Of a DNA stretch of 64,000 nt, positions 61,000 to 64,000 are shown one piece after another. The notes below the pieces were generated by a model. That model had not been told where the DNA came from. It searched no databases and saw only the letters and a list, made by a program, of their open reading frames with translations. The translations under genes were made by a program, and so were the position numbers. This stretch comes from Lama guanicoe (Eukaryota). The stretch lies in assembly GCA_013239625.1 (NCBI GenBank), contig MU053754.1, forward strand, positions 1,283,966 through 1,347,965, read 5' to 3'. Each line of letters opens with the position of its first letter. The first letter of the stretch is position 1.

Positions 61000-62250
61000 T
61001 TCCCATTTCACCCCTCCTCAGAGACAAACTTCTTGAAAGAACAGTCATTGTTAAGTTCATTTCTTCATCTCCCATTTCTTCTTGATCTGTCTCCATCTGG
61101 CTTTAACCTCAACCACACCGCTGAAAGTGCTTTTGTCAAGACCATGGCTGGCTTTTTGTTCCCTGTTTTACTTGACCATTCCAAAATACTCGACATTGTT
61201 GGCCACTTCCATCTCTGAAACTGTTTATTACCTTGGTTGTCAAGGAAACACATTTTAGCTTTAGTTCCTTTCATGGGCTCGGACTTCTCTGCCTGCCACT
61301 TAAAGGTCAGGTTCCATCCTCAACTCTCATTTCTTACTCTCACCTTTTCTGACGGACCTCACTCACATCTGTCCTTTCCATTACCCTAGAATGTCTACAA
61401 TGGTCAGTTACCTGTCTCTAGTAAATCTCTTTCCTAAGCCTACAGAATCAAATTTTTAAGTACCTACTGGACTTTCTCCATTTGAATGCTTTATTAATGT
61501 GTCAACTCCACCACTGTTTAAACTCGGTGCATCATTTTTCCTTCCTCATTTTTCCTTCCTCCCTACTGTCACCATCCTCAAGATGCAATTCCCACTCAGG
61601 GCACCACTATACCCCATCATCCATGGCCAAAGATTTCAGAGTCATTCATGCCATCTTTCTTCTCCATCACCTTTCCACTCACTAGCTCCTGAAAATCTGA
61701 TCATCTTAACACTGCATGGCCATCTCCTCTTTGCCATGTACATCGCTACTATTTTTGCTCAGATCTTCAAACTTATCACCCAGAAAATATTACAAGTGTT
61801 TCCTAATTGGTCTCCCTAAGAACAGACTCATCATTCTAATCTATTTTTCATTATGTTATGACATTGATCTCTCTAAAGCACAAACAAGTCCCTCCTCATT
61901 TAAAAGATTACTCGCTATTCCCATTTTGTAATCATAAAATTCCAAACCGATCAGCATTACACACAACCTCCTGCATGACCTGCCTCCTACCTATCTTCCC
62001 AATCTCACCTCCCATCCTTTGTCCATGCCTCAGCCATACTGAAAAGCTTACGGTACTCTTGAGCATATCATATCATCATATTTCTTCACACATTTACACA
62101 CACTGTTCTCCCTTCCAGAAATGCCTTTATGATACCTTTGCCTACGTGGTAGCCCTACTTGTCCCTTCAAGTGTAACTCAAGGATCTCTTCTCTTTGAAG
62201 CATTTCAAGAACCTCCAGAAAAAAGTCAACCCATGCTCTTGTGGGCTTTG
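61000..62250 (+). mobile_element. L2 LINE fragment
   Basis: ccatctggctttaacctcaaccacaccgctgaaagtgcttttgtcaag...ttggccacttccatctctgaaac...cctactggactttctccatttgaatg. Confidence 0.7.
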
Positions 62251-62424
62251 AGAAATGCATGGGAAATAGACTCAATAAGACTTGACTTAGCTGATGTGAG
62301 GAGAGAGAACACCAATCAAACAATTCTAGGGCTTTGAGCCTAGAAGTCAAGAATCATGGCAAGCCACTATTAGAGAAGAAGAAGGCTGAGGTTTTACCGG
62401 AAGGGTGGAGATCTATGAGGTTAT

Positions 62425-63315
62425 TTTTTTTAAAGCAAACTCCTTATTGACATAGAACATATGTACAGTAAAGTGTAAAAGTGTCCGGCTTACACATACC
62501 AGAACGGCTAATATTCAGGAGACAGACAACATCAACACCTGCTGTTGGCGAGGACTTGCAGCAACGCTCATGTGCTCCTGGAGCATAAATCCTTGCACCA
62601 TTTTGGAAAACGGTGGGGCAAATATCAAAAAAGGGTAAACATATGCACACCCTAAAACCCAGCGATTCCTTTCCCAGGAATACATCCAACAGATATGCTG
62701 ACATAAGTTCATCAAAAACATGTACAGGATGTTCAGAGCAGCTTAACTCATTATGACAAAAAGTAGAAATGATCCAAATGTCCATTAATCCTTGAATGGA
62801 TGAATGAATTGCATTTTATTTACACATGGAAAACTATGTGACAATGAGAATGAGTGATATACCACATGTAAAAGTATGGATAAATCTCAAACATAAGACT
62901 GAGGGAAAGGAGGCGATACAAAAGAGAACACTATATGCTACACAAAGTACAGAAAAGGAACACGGCTACTCTACGCTTCTGGAGGGCAGGATGGAAGTCA
63001 GTGACCGGAGAGGAGTGAAAGAGGTGATTCTGGCGTGTCAGCAGGCTCTACTTCATTCCATTGCTCATTACATAGTTGTGTTCCATCTGTGAAAGTCCAG
63101 CAAACTGCTCACCCAGGGTGAGTGCATTTTCTGTGTACTGAACCACAATGAAAATGTTTCAAGTGCACAGCTTACTGAATTTTCACTGAGTGAACATTCC
63201 CATGGAACTAACATTCAGCCAAGACACAGAACACTGCCAGCACCTCAGAACCCCTCATACTCCCACCCCTATCAACCCCCACAAAACCAGCTCTATTTTG
63301 ACTTCTATCCTGGTG
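62425..63315 (-). mobile_element. L1ME-like 3' end, split by a second L1
   Basis: ttattgacatagaacatatgtacagtaaagtg...|...aagtgcacagcttactgaattttcactgagtgaac...agaacactgccagcacctcagaacccctc. Confidence 0.75.
62494..63160 (+). mobile_element. L1ME/MC-like 3' region nested in an opposite-strand L1
   Basis: tgttggcgaggacttgcagcaac...ccattttggaaaac...ccaaatgtccattaa; degenerate 15-bp TSD aagtgtccggcttac (62479-62493) / aagtgcacagcttac (63161-63175). Confidence 0.8.
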
Positions 63316-64000
63316 GCAAAGACCTCACTTGTACCATTCAGAGCTATTTCCTCCATATCTAAAACATATATTGGCATGCTATAGATATTTTACAGATACA
63401 TGTTGAAATAATTAACTACAGGCAAAACTGGGAAGTCAACCAAGACATCTGAAACCCTGACCCTGGCCAAGCCCATGAAATTAAAAGGATAAACTGAGGT
63501 AAAGAAGCTAAGAAGGAAACTGCAGTTCCTTGGAGAATGTCTATATTGAGAAGTAGGAAAAGCAATTCTGAAGAGTTGTCTGAAAATCAGTCAAACTAGG
63601 TTTTCATTTCATAAACCTAATTTACTAGTTTCTTATCACCCTGTTGAACAGGTCTGTTTTGTATGATTAAGCAAATTATTGGTCAATCAAAAATAATTTA
63701 TTCATGAAATCTTTTTGGTGACTATATTATAAGCGTCTTTGTATTCACAAACAAGGCTCTGAAATGTATGACTTAGGATCTGCATTGTCAACTTGAAAAT
63801 AGAAAGAATTTCATCTTCCTCACACCCTTTGGATTTGAGCTGTCAGCAACTGTGCAAAGAGCATCAAATCCATTAAAAATTTATAACATTTGAAACGCCC
63901 AACAGCCACAAAACTGATTTTTCTTTAAGTCTGTGACTCATCCAATCTGATACTGAGTGTTCACCGTGTAGAAAGGAAGAAGCACCAGGACCCACTATGG

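Noticed and set aside
1..64000. ORF-track entries as protein-coding genes
   Set aside because: All are short (204 aa or less), many use non-ATG starts, most overlap repeats, and none resembles a protein family I recognise; no consistent multi-exon reading frame could be built

Overview
This is a 64-kb window of placental-mammal nuclear DNA, most likely camelid (camel/alpaca/llama). That assignment rests on a tRNA-derived vic-1-type SINE, several young artiodactyl-type L1 3' ends, and no Alu, B1/B2, BovB/Bov-A, PRE-1 or Can-SINE that I could recognise. I found no recognisable protein-coding gene, RNA gene, CRISPR array or prokaryotic system; the supplied ORFs are chance or repeat-derived. The window reads as intergenic or deep-intronic DNA, heavily filled with L1, L2, MIR, MaLR (MLT1), ERVL (MLT2, LTR16, LTR33), ERV1 LTRs and hAT DNA transposons (MER20, MER58). 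Several insertions are nested and keep readable target-site duplications (TSDs). The most interesting non-repeat signals are all hypotheses: (i) a + strand TATA/CCAAT promoter-like site with clustered TAATC (OTX/CRX-type) motifs followed by a perfect splice donor at about 40.5-41.0 kb; (ii) an orphan CpG-rich patch at 22.2-22.7 kb; (iii) a switch in L1 orientation between 21.7 and 27.5 kb that brackets a candidate + strand terminal exon; (iv) a compact double-HRE/GC-box/G-quadruplex module at 29.2-29.3 kb. Repeat family names come from my recollection of consensus sequences, not from a database search, and boundaries of old repeats are approximate.
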